Below, one piece after another: positions 9,622-18,558 of a stretch of DNA of 64,000 bases; positions within the stretch are counted from its first letter, which is position 1, and each line of letters opens with the position of its first letter. The stretch lies in contig JBAZYN010000001.1 in assembly GCA_041659325.1 (NCBI GenBank), positions 366,819 through 430,818 on the forward strand, given 5' to 3'. This DNA comes from Candidatus Shapirobacteria bacterium. GTDB lineage: Bacteria; Patescibacteriota; Microgenomatia; UBA12405. The position numbers and the translations under genes were made by a program. The notes beneath the pieces are model-generated. The model was not told the origin of the DNA. It did not search any database and worked only from the letters and a program-made list of their open reading frames with translations.

Positions 9622-10995
9622 ATGCATATTCACGTTATAGGGATTGCCGGTACCATGACTTGTCCCCTGGCCATCGCCTTAAAAAAAGCCGGTCACACTA
9701 TCACCGGATCAGACCAGGAAAAAATATACCCACCGATAAGTACAAATTTAAAAAATGCCGACATCCCCATAAACACCCTCAAGAACTTTAAAATTGTTGA
9801 TTTGGCAATTATCGGCTCTTCCTATTTATCGTTTTCTAACACAAAAAGCGAGTTTGATATCATAAAAAAACTTAATATCCCCTACATTTCCGCCACCAAA
9901 TATGTCGGCCAAAATATTGTCAAAAAAAATTCGATATTGGTCGTCGGCACCGGCGGCAAAACCACAATCACAAGTCTAATAACCTGGATCTTTCTGAAGG
10001 CAAAACTAAATCCCAACTATATGTTTGGAGGCCAAAGCCTAAACAAAATTCCCTCCCTCGATTTCACCACCGGGGACTGGTCGATTGTTGAAGGCGATGA
10101 ATCGATAAACGGACTAGATACTAAAGCAAAATTCCTTTACTACCCGGCAAAATATGTCATTCTAACCGGTGCTAATTGGGAACACAAAGAAAGCTACAAA
10201 AACGAATCTGACAATCTGGAGTCTTTTCGGACACTTATCAAAAAAATCCCTCCGGACGGGTTATTGATTACCAATTCGCTAGGACACAAAACCGAAACGC
10301 TCTCCCTAGCCTCACGAGCCAAGGTAATTTTTTATAATGGGCAAAAGTCAGATTACAAAATAATCAAAAAGGAAATATCTCAAATTTCAAAATTAACTTT
10401 TGTTACTCCTAAAGGCAATTTATCGATAAAAACCAGTCTTCTCGGTACATTTAATTTTGAAAACATCCTTGCCGCCGTCACTTTGTGCATGGAAATTGGA
10501 ATTAATCCCAAAATTATCCAAAAGGCGGTATCTTCCTTTAGGGGAATCAGCCGAAGATTGCAGAAAATTATTTCAAAAAACAACCTTCACTTTTACGATG
10601 ACTTTGCTCAATCTCCCGAAAGAATCAAGTCGGCACTCGACGCTGTCAAGCTTCATTTTCCAAATCAAAGAATTTTTGTTTATCTTGAACCTCACGCATC
10701 ATTTCTTCTCACCACATCCGGGCTTATCGGCCTTGGAAACGCCCTGTCGGATTGTACAAAAATAATTCTGTCAAAAATTCCATTCAAAACCAATATCCCA
10801 ATCTCTACTCGGGCTACGGCAAAACACTATTCCGACGAGATTGGTGATAACCTTATATATATTCCTCAAAACAAAGAGCTTTATAAATATTTCCATCAAA
10901 CGTTAAAACCAAACGATATTCTGGTTCACTTTAGCTCTGGAGGAGCAGAAGGTCTCAAAACCTTCAAAAAAATTACTAGTTATCGCACACAATAA
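9622..10995 (+). CDS. MurC/Mpl-family ligase, Mpl-like
   Basis: MHIHVIGIAGT..GSDQEKIYPP resembles the Mpl N-terminus; GGKTT, EGDE, YDDFA, LEP motifs. Confidence 0.75.
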   Translation: MHIHVIGIAGTMTCPLAIALKKAGHTITGSDQEKIYPPISTNLKNADIPINTLKNFKIVDLAIIGSSYLSFSNTKSEFDIIKKLNIPYISATKYVGQNIVKKNSILVVGTGGKTTITSLITWIFLKAKLNPNYMFGGQSLNKIPSLDFTTGDWSIVEGDESINGLDTKAKFLYYPAKYVILTGANWEHKESYKNESDNLESFRTLIKKIPPDGLLITNSLGHKTETLSLASRAKVIFYNGQKSDYKIIKKEISQISKLTFVTPKGNLSIKTSLLGTFNFENILAAVTLCMEIGINPKIIQKAVSSFRGISRRLQKIISKNNLHFYDDFAQSPERIKSALDAVKLHFPNQRIFVYLEPHASFLLTTSGLIGLGNALSDCTKIILSKIPFKTNIPISTRATAKHYSDEIGDNLIYIPQNKELYKYFHQTLKPNDILVHFSSGGAEGLKTFKKITSYRTQ

Positions 10996-12324
10996 ATGTC
11001 AAGATACGTCATCAGTGGGGGAAAGCCACTATCGGGCGAAGTGTCCATTCGCGGCGCTAAAAATGCCAGCTATAAACAACTTATTGCCACATTACTCACC
11101 GCTAAGACTTGTCAATTAACCAATGTTCCTCAGATATCCGACATAAGAATAACCGAAAGCATTGCCAAAAGTCTTGGTTCCAAAGTTACCTATACCGGAG
11201 AGCACAGTCTGGAGGTAAAAACCCCAAAAATTACCAACTCAGCCGTCCCTATGGGAGTCGGTGAAAAATCAAGGTCGTCGTTTATGTTTGCCGCCCCTCT
11301 TTTGGTCAGAACCGGATCCGCCACCGTTCCGATTCCGGGAGGAGACAGGCTCGGTGCTCGACCACTAGACCGTCTTTTTGATTGCTACAGAACGATGAAT
11401 ATCCAAACCGAGGAATTCCCAAACAAAATTTTTTTTCGAACCGACAAGATAAAACCAACCCACTATACCTTTGCTAAACCATCCCACACCGTTACCGAAG
11501 TAATAATTATGACTGCCCTGGCCGCAACCGGAGAAACGATTATCGACAACGCCGCCAGAGAACCGGAAATCGATGATTTGATAAGCATGCTCAACTCTAT
11601 GGGTGCCACCATTCAGCGAGACCCAAAGAATTCCGGTCGGATTATCATCCAAGGTGGTAAGTCACTAAATGGAACCAACCATCAAGTCATCTCCGACAGA
11701 AACGAATCTGTCACTTTTGCCTGTGCCGCCCTTGCCACGAAAGGATCGGTAAATATTTTACGAATTGACCCAAAAATTATTTCTAAATTTTTAACTACCA
11801 TTGAAGCCATGGGAGCAAAAGTATATAGGGGAAAAGACGAAGTTGCCGTCACCTGGTATCAACCACTAAAAGCCATCGACATTGAAACAGAGCCGGAACC
11901 GGGATTTATGACCGATTGGCAGGCACTTTTTACTATTGTACTTACTCAGGCAGTCGGGTGTAGCAGTATTATCGAAAGAGTCCACCCGTCTCGATTCCAG
12001 CATATTAAAAATCTTGAAATCATGAATGCAAAAGTAAAATATTTTAATCCTGAAATCAACCACCCCGAAAACTATTACCACTTTAATCCGGAAAACGATC
12101 ACTCGGACTACTTCCATGGTGTCAAAATTTACGGACCAACCAAGCTAATCGCCAACAACTTTTCAATCAATGATTTAAGAGCCGGCGCATCGATCACTCT
12201 GGCGGCCATTACTGCTGAAGGTAAATCAGTGGTCGACGGGGTTGAATATATTGAAAGAGGCTACGAAAAACTAGCCGAACGTCTTTGTTCCCTCGGAGCT
12301 CAAATAGAGTATATTAAAACATAA
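10996..12324 (+). CDS. murA: UDP-GlcNAc enolpyruvyl transferase, Cys-to-Asp type
   Basis: GAKNA, PGGDRLGARP, AAREPEI, PGFMTDWQ, DLRAGA, IERGYE. Confidence 0.95.
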   Translation: MSRYVISGGKPLSGEVSIRGAKNASYKQLIATLLTAKTCQLTNVPQISDIRITESIAKSLGSKVTYTGEHSLEVKTPKITNSAVPMGVGEKSRSSFMFAAPLLVRTGSATVPIPGGDRLGARPLDRLFDCYRTMNIQTEEFPNKIFFRTDKIKPTHYTFAKPSHTVTEVIIMTALAATGETIIDNAAREPEIDDLISMLNSMGATIQRDPKNSGRIIIQGGKSLNGTNHQVISDRNESVTFACAALATKGSVNILRIDPKIISKFLTTIEAMGAKVYRGKDEVAVTWYQPLKAIDIETEPEPGFMTDWQALFTIVLTQAVGCSSIIERVHPSRFQHIKNLEIMNAKVKYFNPEINHPENYYHFNPENDHSDYFHGVKIYGPTKLIANNFSINDLRAGASITLAAITAEGKSVVDGVEYIERGYEKLAERLCSLGAQIEYIKT

Positions 12325-13358
12325 TGACACATTTGTATTTGGGTTTGATGCTATTTTCGTTTCTTTCAACCAGTATTTTGGTGATTCCCTTTATTAACCT
12401 TTTATACAAGTTAAAATTTCAACGTCAAAAGCAAAAAACCCTTGATTTTCAAAATAAAAGAACTCCCATTTTTGACAAGTTTCATTCCCAAAAATCCGGA
12501 ACTCCGGTGGGAGGTGGACTTTTGATTATTCTCTCCGTCTGCATCCTTTTTATTTTTCTTTTCCCAATATTAAAGGTAGCCAAAATTTTTATCTCTAGCA
12601 ATTACCAAATTAATCGTGAACTGGAAATAATTTTCTTTACCTTTATCAGTTTTGGGCTTTTAGGTCTCTACGATGATGTGATGAAATTCTTTGGTTTCAA
12701 AAAAACAGGCTTTTTCGGGCTAAGAATGAAACACAAACTACTTTTGCAAATGTTTCTCTCTACCGTTATTTCGTTCATGATGTATTTTGGCCTAAACATC
12801 AACTTCATCTATATTCCTTTTTTCGGCGCCGTCAACTTGGGTCTCTTTTTTATTCCGATATCATCAGCCCTAATTATCGGTTTTGCTAATTTCTTTAATA
12901 TCACCGATGGTCTTGACGGCTTATCCTGTGGTCTTTTAATGATTGCTCTTTTTGCTTTTTGGGTACTAGCCGGAAACTCTCTGGACACTCCGATTTCTCT
13001 TTTTTTGGCTCTTTGGCTAGGAAGCTTGATTGCATTTTTGTATTTCAATATTTTTCCGGCCAGGCTATGGCTAGGCGACGTTGGAGCCTTATCGTTTGGG
13101 GCCACCTTCGCCGTGATAGCTCTGCTATTAGGCCGCGTGGTTCCTCTCCTAATCGTTGGCGCACCATTTATTGTAGAAGGGGGAAGTAGTGCTATCCAAA
13201 TAATTTCTAAAGTTTATTTCCACCGAAAACTTTTTCCGGCCGCCCCACTCCACCTCACTTTGCAAACCATGGGCTGGGAAGAACCAAAAATAGTCACCAG
13301 GGCTTGGCTAGCCGGTATTATATTAGCTATCTTTGGATTATGGTTGGGGCTAAACTAA
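12324..13358 (+). CDS. mraY: Phospho-MurNAc-peptide transferase
   Basis: GTPVGGG, YDD, NITDGLDGL, LGDVGA, APLH. Confidence 0.92.
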   Translation: MTHLYLGLMLFSFLSTSILVIPFINLLYKLKFQRQKQKTLDFQNKRTPIFDKFHSQKSGTPVGGGLLIILSVCILFIFLFPILKVAKIFISSNYQINRELEIIFFTFISFGLLGLYDDVMKFFGFKKTGFFGLRMKHKLLLQMFLSTVISFMMYFGLNINFIYIPFFGAVNLGLFFIPISSALIIGFANFFNITDGLDGLSCGLLMIALFAFWVLAGNSLDTPISLFLALWLGSLIAFLYFNIFPARLWLGDVGALSFGATFAVIALLLGRVVPLLIVGAPFIVEGGSSAIQIISKVYFHRKLFPAAPLHLTLQTMGWEEPKIVTRAWLAGIILAIFGLWLGLN

Positions 13359-13933
13359 TTTCCTTGCTAGAAAAGGAAGTGAACAATTACCTAAGAATAC
13401 CTTACTTATATGGCGGCAAAAACACCTGGGAAGAAATCAAAAAGAATTTTTCAGAATACAAACAGCTCAAGAAAAACAAACAAGGAATAGACTGCTCTGG
13501 ACTGGCCTATCATCTCCTCGACTATTATTCAAAACTTTTGGGACTAGGCAGCATTTACGGTCATCTGATAGGCACCGAGGGTAAAAGAGGGGCTAGTCGA
13601 GTATCGGCCAATTTATTTACATCTCCCCCAAACTCATTTCCTTTATACACTTATTCCGACATCCGAACCGGAGATTTGATTAGGCTAGATTCCGGCCGAC
13701 ATATCTTGTTCGTCCTGGAATACAAAAAATCGCAAATTCGCTATGTTCACAGCAGCCACAAAACCAAAACTAGGGGGGTCCATTTGGGGGAAATTCAAAT
13801 TGTTGACCCCTCAAAAACCTTGGATCATCAAAAATGGAATGAAACCTACTCCAATGGAAAAAATTACTCCTCAATTTTCAACCAAAAAAATGGTGACGGA
13901 ATCTTTCGCCTATTTCTCTTCAAACAACTCTGA
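13340..13933 (+). CDS. NlpC/P60-like cysteine peptidase without a signal peptide
   Basis: PYLYGG..GIDCSGL, GDLI, HILFV, HSS. Confidence 0.7.
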   Translation: MVGAKLISLLEKEVNNYLRIPYLYGGKNTWEEIKKNFSEYKQLKKNKQGIDCSGLAYHLLDYYSKLLGLGSIYGHLIGTEGKRGASRVSANLFTSPPNSFPLYTYSDIRTGDLIRLDSGRHILFVLEYKKSQIRYVHSSHKTKTRGVHLGEIQIVDPSKTLDHQKWNETYSNGKNYSSIFNQKNGDGIFRLFLFKQL

Positions 13934-14068
13934 TATCTTTAAAGGCTTCAAACCAACTATTTCAACCTCTGTCCCACACTCCTGACATTCGAGAATTTCA
14001 CCAACCTGCAAGACACCCTTTGTTTCTATTTCCGACTTACAATCTGGACAAAATATTTTATCTTCCAT
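13910..14068 (-). CDS. LysW-like zinc-ribbon amino-group carrier protein (52 aa, absent from the ORF track)
   Basis: MEDKIFCPDCKSEIETKGVLQVGEILECQECGTEVEIVGLKPLKISELFEEK; CPxC..GE..CxxCG.E.E.VGL.PL pattern of LysW; TATAAT 6 nt upstream of ATG. Confidence 0.8.
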   Translation of the reverse strand: MEDKIFCPDCKSEIETKGVLQVGEILECQECGTEVEIVGLKPLKISELFEEK

Positions 14069-14074
14069 AACAAA

Positions 14075-14084
14075 ATTATATAAT
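14075..14084. promoter_or_regulatory. Palindromic bidirectional -10 element ATTATATAAT
   Basis: TATAAT on both strands between the divergent LysW-like and PLP-enzyme genes. Confidence 0.55.
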
Positions 14085-14104
14085 CAATAAACCTCAGTTA
14101 TTAT

Positions 14105-14926
14105 ATGACATCAACACCCCTAATAAAACTAGAAAACTTCTACCTGAAAAGAGAAGATAAAAATCAAACCGGTTCGATAAAGGACAGGGCAATATCACTG
14201 CAAATAGAAAATCTCGTTGGCAAAGGTATCTCGGCGGCGGTTATCTCCAGTACCGGCAACGCCGCCATTTCCGCTCTCTATTATTGCTCCAAATCAAACA
14301 TAAAACTGACCATCTTTCTTTCCCCAAAGATCAACCTGTCAAAACTATCACTCATCACTGAAAAAACAAAAAACTTTATCATTTCCGACAGACCAATTAG
14401 TGGTGCCTTTAAATATGCCAAAAAAACCAATAGCTTTTTGCTCCGACAATCCACCGATCCCATAGCTCAAATCGGCTATCAGTCGGTCGGCTTGGAGTTA
14501 TCAAAAGATATACCCGATATTACCAGCATATTTATGCCGGTTGGCAGCGGGACAACCTTGTTGGGCATTTCAAAGGGGCTCCCAAAAACTGTCAAAATTT
14601 TTGCCATTCAGCCCGCCTCTCACTGCCCCATCAGCCAAACATTTGACCCTCAATATATCAAAGAATCACACACCATCACCGATGCCCTATCCGTAAAACT
14701 TCTGCCCCTAAAGTCAGATATTTTAAAAACCATTACCGAGTCCGGTGGAGGAGGCATGGTTGTCCAAAACACAACGGTTGTTGAAACTCAAAAATTTCTC
14801 CTCACAAATAACATTTTTACTTCACCGGAAGGCGCCTTGGCCTTGGCCGGGTTCCTAAAGGCTGAAAAACTGGGAATCAAAGTTGGTGCCTACCCCGTAA
14901 TTATTTTAACGGGTGAACAAAGATGA
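14105..14926 (+). CDS. Fold-type-II PLP enzyme (threonine synthase/cysteine synthase-like)
   Basis: LKREDKNQTGSIKDR (PLP lysine), SSTGNAA, PVGSGTTL. Confidence 0.85.
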   Translation: MTSTPLIKLENFYLKREDKNQTGSIKDRAISLQIENLVGKGISAAVISSTGNAAISALYYCSKSNIKLTIFLSPKINLSKLSLITEKTKNFIISDRPISGAFKYAKKTNSFLLRQSTDPIAQIGYQSVGLELSKDIPDITSIFMPVGSGTTLLGISKGLPKTVKIFAIQPASHCPISQTFDPQYIKESHTITDALSVKLLPLKSDILKTITESGGGGMVVQNTTVVETQKFLLTNNIFTSPEGALALAGFLKAEKLGIKVGAYPVIILTGEQR

Positions 14927-16038
14927 CATCAAATTTGCTATCCGCTCTAAACCAATCTCCATACTACTATTTCTTCCTGGTTGTCGACGACTCGCTTAGA
15001 ATCTCCCTCCCGCAGCTAAAATATTTCACCCCGGTAAACTCCAATCAGTTCGACAATGAACTTAACTCAGGTAAGCTTCTTTCAAATCCAAAAGTAAGGG
15101 ACTTTATAGAAACTACCTCAAAAAAACACCATAAATTACCGGCAATTATCCCATTTAAACCATCCGCCAAAATCGATTTTATCTGTAAAAATAGAAATTG
15201 GCTTAAAGTCAGTAATGACAGTAGCTTAAACCGTGTAATTGAGGACAAATTAAAATTTCCGCTAATCTGTAAAAATCACGATATTCCGATTTTGCCGTTT
15301 ATTATCGACAAGCTAAATAGATTATCTTTTGAAAAGGCCAAAAACCTACTCGGCCCCGAACTTATAATCCAAACTCACTTTGGTTGGGCCGGTAAATCCA
15401 CTTTTCAGGCAGATTGCTTTGACCATCTCAAAAAAACAATTCCACCCGACACTGTTGTAAAATTTTCACCCCACCTCAAAGAGAGTTACACCCTTCTAAA
15501 TAACTGCTGCCAAACTAATAAGGGGCTAATCCAAAGTCCACCGGCAGTTCAATTTACTGGGATTAGGTCGCTGACTACCAATCCTTTCTCCACCGTCGGA
15601 CGTCAATGGCCATCCTTTGCCCCCCCCGATATTATCGACCAGACTTTCAAAATTACCCAAAAATTTTCCGACTATCTTGAAAAGAAACACTATAAAGGTT
15701 TCTTTGGTCTCGACTTTATTGTTGATCAAAACAAAGTATACCTTCTCGAATGCAATCCCAGACTAACCGCCTCATTTGCCTTTTATACCCAAATTGAGCT
15801 GAAAGCCAATTTAAATCCGCTTTTCCTTTTTCACCTTGCCGAATTTAGTCTTAAAAACTATCTCTTTGACATCACCACCGAACAGACACGTTTCAAAAAC
15901 CCAAAAATCATCGGCACTCAACTTACCAGAAGAAGCGAGTCAGGCAAAATAGACGGAAAATACGAAACCAATAATTTTATCGTTACCTCTCCCAAAAATT
16001 CAACTATAAAAAATGAGATCATCTCCAAAATCAACTAA
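14923..16038 (+). CDS. ATP-grasp ligase
   Basis: EDKLKF, GWAGKSTF, GFFGLDF, LLECNPRLTAS; ATGA overlap with the PLP gene. Confidence 0.8.
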   Translation: MTSNLLSALNQSPYYYFFLVVDDSLRISLPQLKYFTPVNSNQFDNELNSGKLLSNPKVRDFIETTSKKHHKLPAIIPFKPSAKIDFICKNRNWLKVSNDSSLNRVIEDKLKFPLICKNHDIPILPFIIDKLNRLSFEKAKNLLGPELIIQTHFGWAGKSTFQADCFDHLKKTIPPDTVVKFSPHLKESYTLLNNCCQTNKGLIQSPPAVQFTGIRSLTTNPFSTVGRQWPSFAPPDIIDQTFKITQKFSDYLEKKHYKGFFGLDFIVDQNKVYLLECNPRLTASFAFYTQIELKANLNPLFLFHLAEFSLKNYLFDITTEQTRFKNPKIIGTQLTRRSESGKIDGKYETNNFIVTSPKNSTIKNEIISKIN

Positions 16039-17173
16039 GCAAACTCTCCGGCTCTCCCCGATTGTTATTTTAACCTTCATCCTTATTCTGATCGGGTTTC
16101 TATTTATTTCCATTTCGTCTTTAACCGAAGCCAGTAGTACTATCGGGGATAAATTTTTCTTTTCAAAAAAGCAATTAATCTGGATTGTAATCAGTTGGGT
16201 AGTATTCTTTGTCACCTCAAAAATACCCCTCGAAACAATAAAAAAGGCCTCTCCCATTCTTTACTTCTCATCATTATTTTTGTTATTTTTGGTGTTAATT
16301 CCCCAACTCGGAAACAAGACCCTGGGCGCCAGACGATGGCTCGACATCGGCTTTACCGAAATTCAACCTTCAGAGATTTTGAAGCTATTTTCAATAATCT
16401 ATTTTGCCAAACTATTTTCTCAAGCCGATAAAAGAACTATCAAAAACTTATTGCTCTACCTGGGAATTCCCTTTGTATTAATCATTGCCCAACCAAACCT
16501 TAGCACTGCCATTCTGATCTCTGCCATTGTTATCACTATTTACTACCTTTCCGGAGGAGAAATCATTCATCTTTTTACCCTCGGTTTTTTTGCTACCATA
16601 GTTAGTTTTTTACTGGTTATCTCTTCTCCATATCGAATGGCCAGACTTCAGGGACTGTCTACCGGTTCTTACCATAGCAACCAAATCATTATGGCGCTCG
16701 CTTCGGGAGGAATATTTGGAAAAGGGTTTGCTAATTCCGACCAGAAATATCGTTTTCTACCCAAAATATCAACGGATTCCATCGTCGCAGTAATCGGCGA
16801 AGAAACAGGAATTATCGGCATTATAACGGTCATTTTACTGTTTATTTTTCTGATCGTAAATATATTTAAAATTGCCAATAGTTCCAAAGATTCATTTGAG
16901 TCACTCCTGATCTCGGGAATCGGCTGTTGGATTGCATTCCAAGCGTTAATTAACATTTCGGCCATCGTCGCTCTCATCCCCCTAACCGGAGTCCCTCTTC
17001 CCTTCATTTCCTACGGAGGATCATCATTAATTTCCCTCATGTCTGCCATGGGGCTAGTCTACAATATCGAAAGGAATAGACCAAAACTGCTATACTACTC
17101 TGCCGATGACAATATACAAAAAGAGAGTAAAAACCATCTGCATAACCGGCACCCACCACACCCCCGCAGTTGA
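16013..17173 (+). CDS. ftsW: SEDS peptidoglycan polymerase FtsW
   Basis: GARRW, IQPSE, TDSI..GEETG, PLTGVPLPFISYGGSS; precedes murG. Confidence 0.9.
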   Translation: MRSSPKSTKQTLRLSPIVILTFILILIGFLFISISSLTEASSTIGDKFFFSKKQLIWIVISWVVFFVTSKIPLETIKKASPILYFSSLFLLFLVLIPQLGNKTLGARRWLDIGFTEIQPSEILKLFSIIYFAKLFSQADKRTIKNLLLYLGIPFVLIIAQPNLSTAILISAIVITIYYLSGGEIIHLFTLGFFATIVSFLLVISSPYRMARLQGLSTGSYHSNQIIMALASGGIFGKGFANSDQKYRFLPKISTDSIVAVIGEETGIIGIITVILLFIFLIVNIFKIANSSKDSFESLLISGIGCWIAFQALINISAIVALIPLTGVPLPFISYGGSSLISLMSAMGLVYNIERNRPKLLYYSADDNIQKESKNHLHNRHPPHPRS

Positions 17174-18203
17174 ATTAATCAAACAGCTAAAAGCGGATCC
17201 AAAAACTTTGTGGAATATAGAATATATTGGCCATATTTATCCCTCAGAAAATCATATTTTACACACCATAATTCCCAAGTTAAAGGTAAACTTTCACCAA
17301 ATTGAAGGTGGCAAACTTGATCGACGATATTTACCAAATACCATTCGCGGTCTCCCCAAAACCATTAATGCCATTTTTTCCTCGTTAAAAATTATTAAAA
17401 AGATAAAACCGGACGTCATCGTTTCCTTCGGCGGATATATTTCTGTCCCGGTAATTATTGCCGGATATTTACAACACGTCCCATCTATTACCCATGAACA
17501 GACAACAACCATCAGCCTTTCCACAAGAATTAACAGTTTTTTTGTCAATAAAATTGCCCTCTCTTTTAAAGAACCTACCAACAATCCTAATCTCCCCCAG
17601 GACAAAACTGTCATTACCGGAAATCTTTTAAGGTCAGACATCTATCGGCAGAAATCCCCAAAATATAAAATCCTCAATAATGTTGTCAGCAAATACCCAC
17701 TGATTTACATTACCGGTGGCAATCAAGGCTCTTCTCCCATTAATTACATTATCGAAAAAGTTATAAGAAAAATAGCACAAAAATACACCATTATCCATCA
17801 TACCGGTAAAATTGATTATCCGCACTTTAAAGAAAAATTTGTTGGTGAAAAAAATTATTATCCAACTGAATTTGTTGATCTTGAAGACATTGGTTGGGTT
17901 TTAAACAATGCCAAAATTATCATAGGCCGATCCGGAGCCAATACCTGTCAGGAGATTGTTGCGCTTGAAAAAAAATCCATCCTCATCCCGCTACCTGTCT
18001 CACAACAAGACGAACAGCTTCTGAATGCTGTTTGGACCAAAAAAGCACTCCCGCTTCAAACTATTATTGTCCCACAGTCAAGACTGACAGCAACAAAAAT
18101 ATATAATTCTATAGCTGCTCTGGAAAAGATTCAGATGAACTCACCTTGCCTCCTCCCTAAACCAAATAAAAAAATTCTTAATCTAATTTATGAAATTATT
18201 TAA
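17106..18203 (+). CDS. murG: Lipid II GlcNAc transferase
   Basis: FGGYISVP, HEQ, TGN.LR, TGGNQG, RSGANT, EQLLNA. Confidence 0.9.
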   Translation: MTIYKKRVKTICITGTHHTPAVELIKQLKADPKTLWNIEYIGHIYPSENHILHTIIPKLKVNFHQIEGGKLDRRYLPNTIRGLPKTINAIFSSLKIIKKIKPDVIVSFGGYISVPVIIAGYLQHVPSITHEQTTTISLSTRINSFFVNKIALSFKEPTNNPNLPQDKTVITGNLLRSDIYRQKSPKYKILNNVVSKYPLIYITGGNQGSSPINYIIEKVIRKIAQKYTIIHHTGKIDYPHFKEKFVGEKNYYPTEFVDLEDIGWVLNNAKIIIGRSGANTCQEIVALEKKSILIPLPVSQQDEQLLNAVWTKKALPLQTIIVPQSRLTATKIYNSIAALEKIQMNSPCLLPKPNKKILNLIYEII

Positions 18204-18558
18204 AAAAATTTTTATTCTATTATTGCTTCCCGTCTTACTTGTTAGCAGTTTTGCAATTTTAATTAAATCCCAAAACATACCGCACCTGAATCCGATCTCC
18301 GGAAACAATAATTACCGCCAAAACCTGGAAAAAGCCTTTGTCCTGGCCGATATTAAACCACAAAAAATTACTCACCGGGAGTTTTTAAATGAGGTTGAAT
18401 TTTACCTCGATGATATTCTAATTATCCTCTCTACTCGAAAAGATCCATTTTGGCAAATTTCATCTTTACAAGATATTTTAAAAATAGCTAAAATTAACCA
18501 TCAGGTTATTACATTTATCGATCTGAGCTCTGCTCATCCGTATGCAACAACACTCTAA
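18190..18558 (+). CDS. Reduced FtsQ/DivIB-like protein
   Basis: N-terminal TM; C-terminal FIDLS resembles FtsQ YIDLR; sits between murG and ftsA. Confidence 0.5.
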   Translation: MKLFKKIFILLLLPVLLVSSFAILIKSQNIPHLNPISGNNNYRQNLEKAFVLADIKPQKITHREFLNEVEFYLDDILIILSTRKDPFWQISSLQDILKIAKINHQVITFIDLSSAHPYATTL

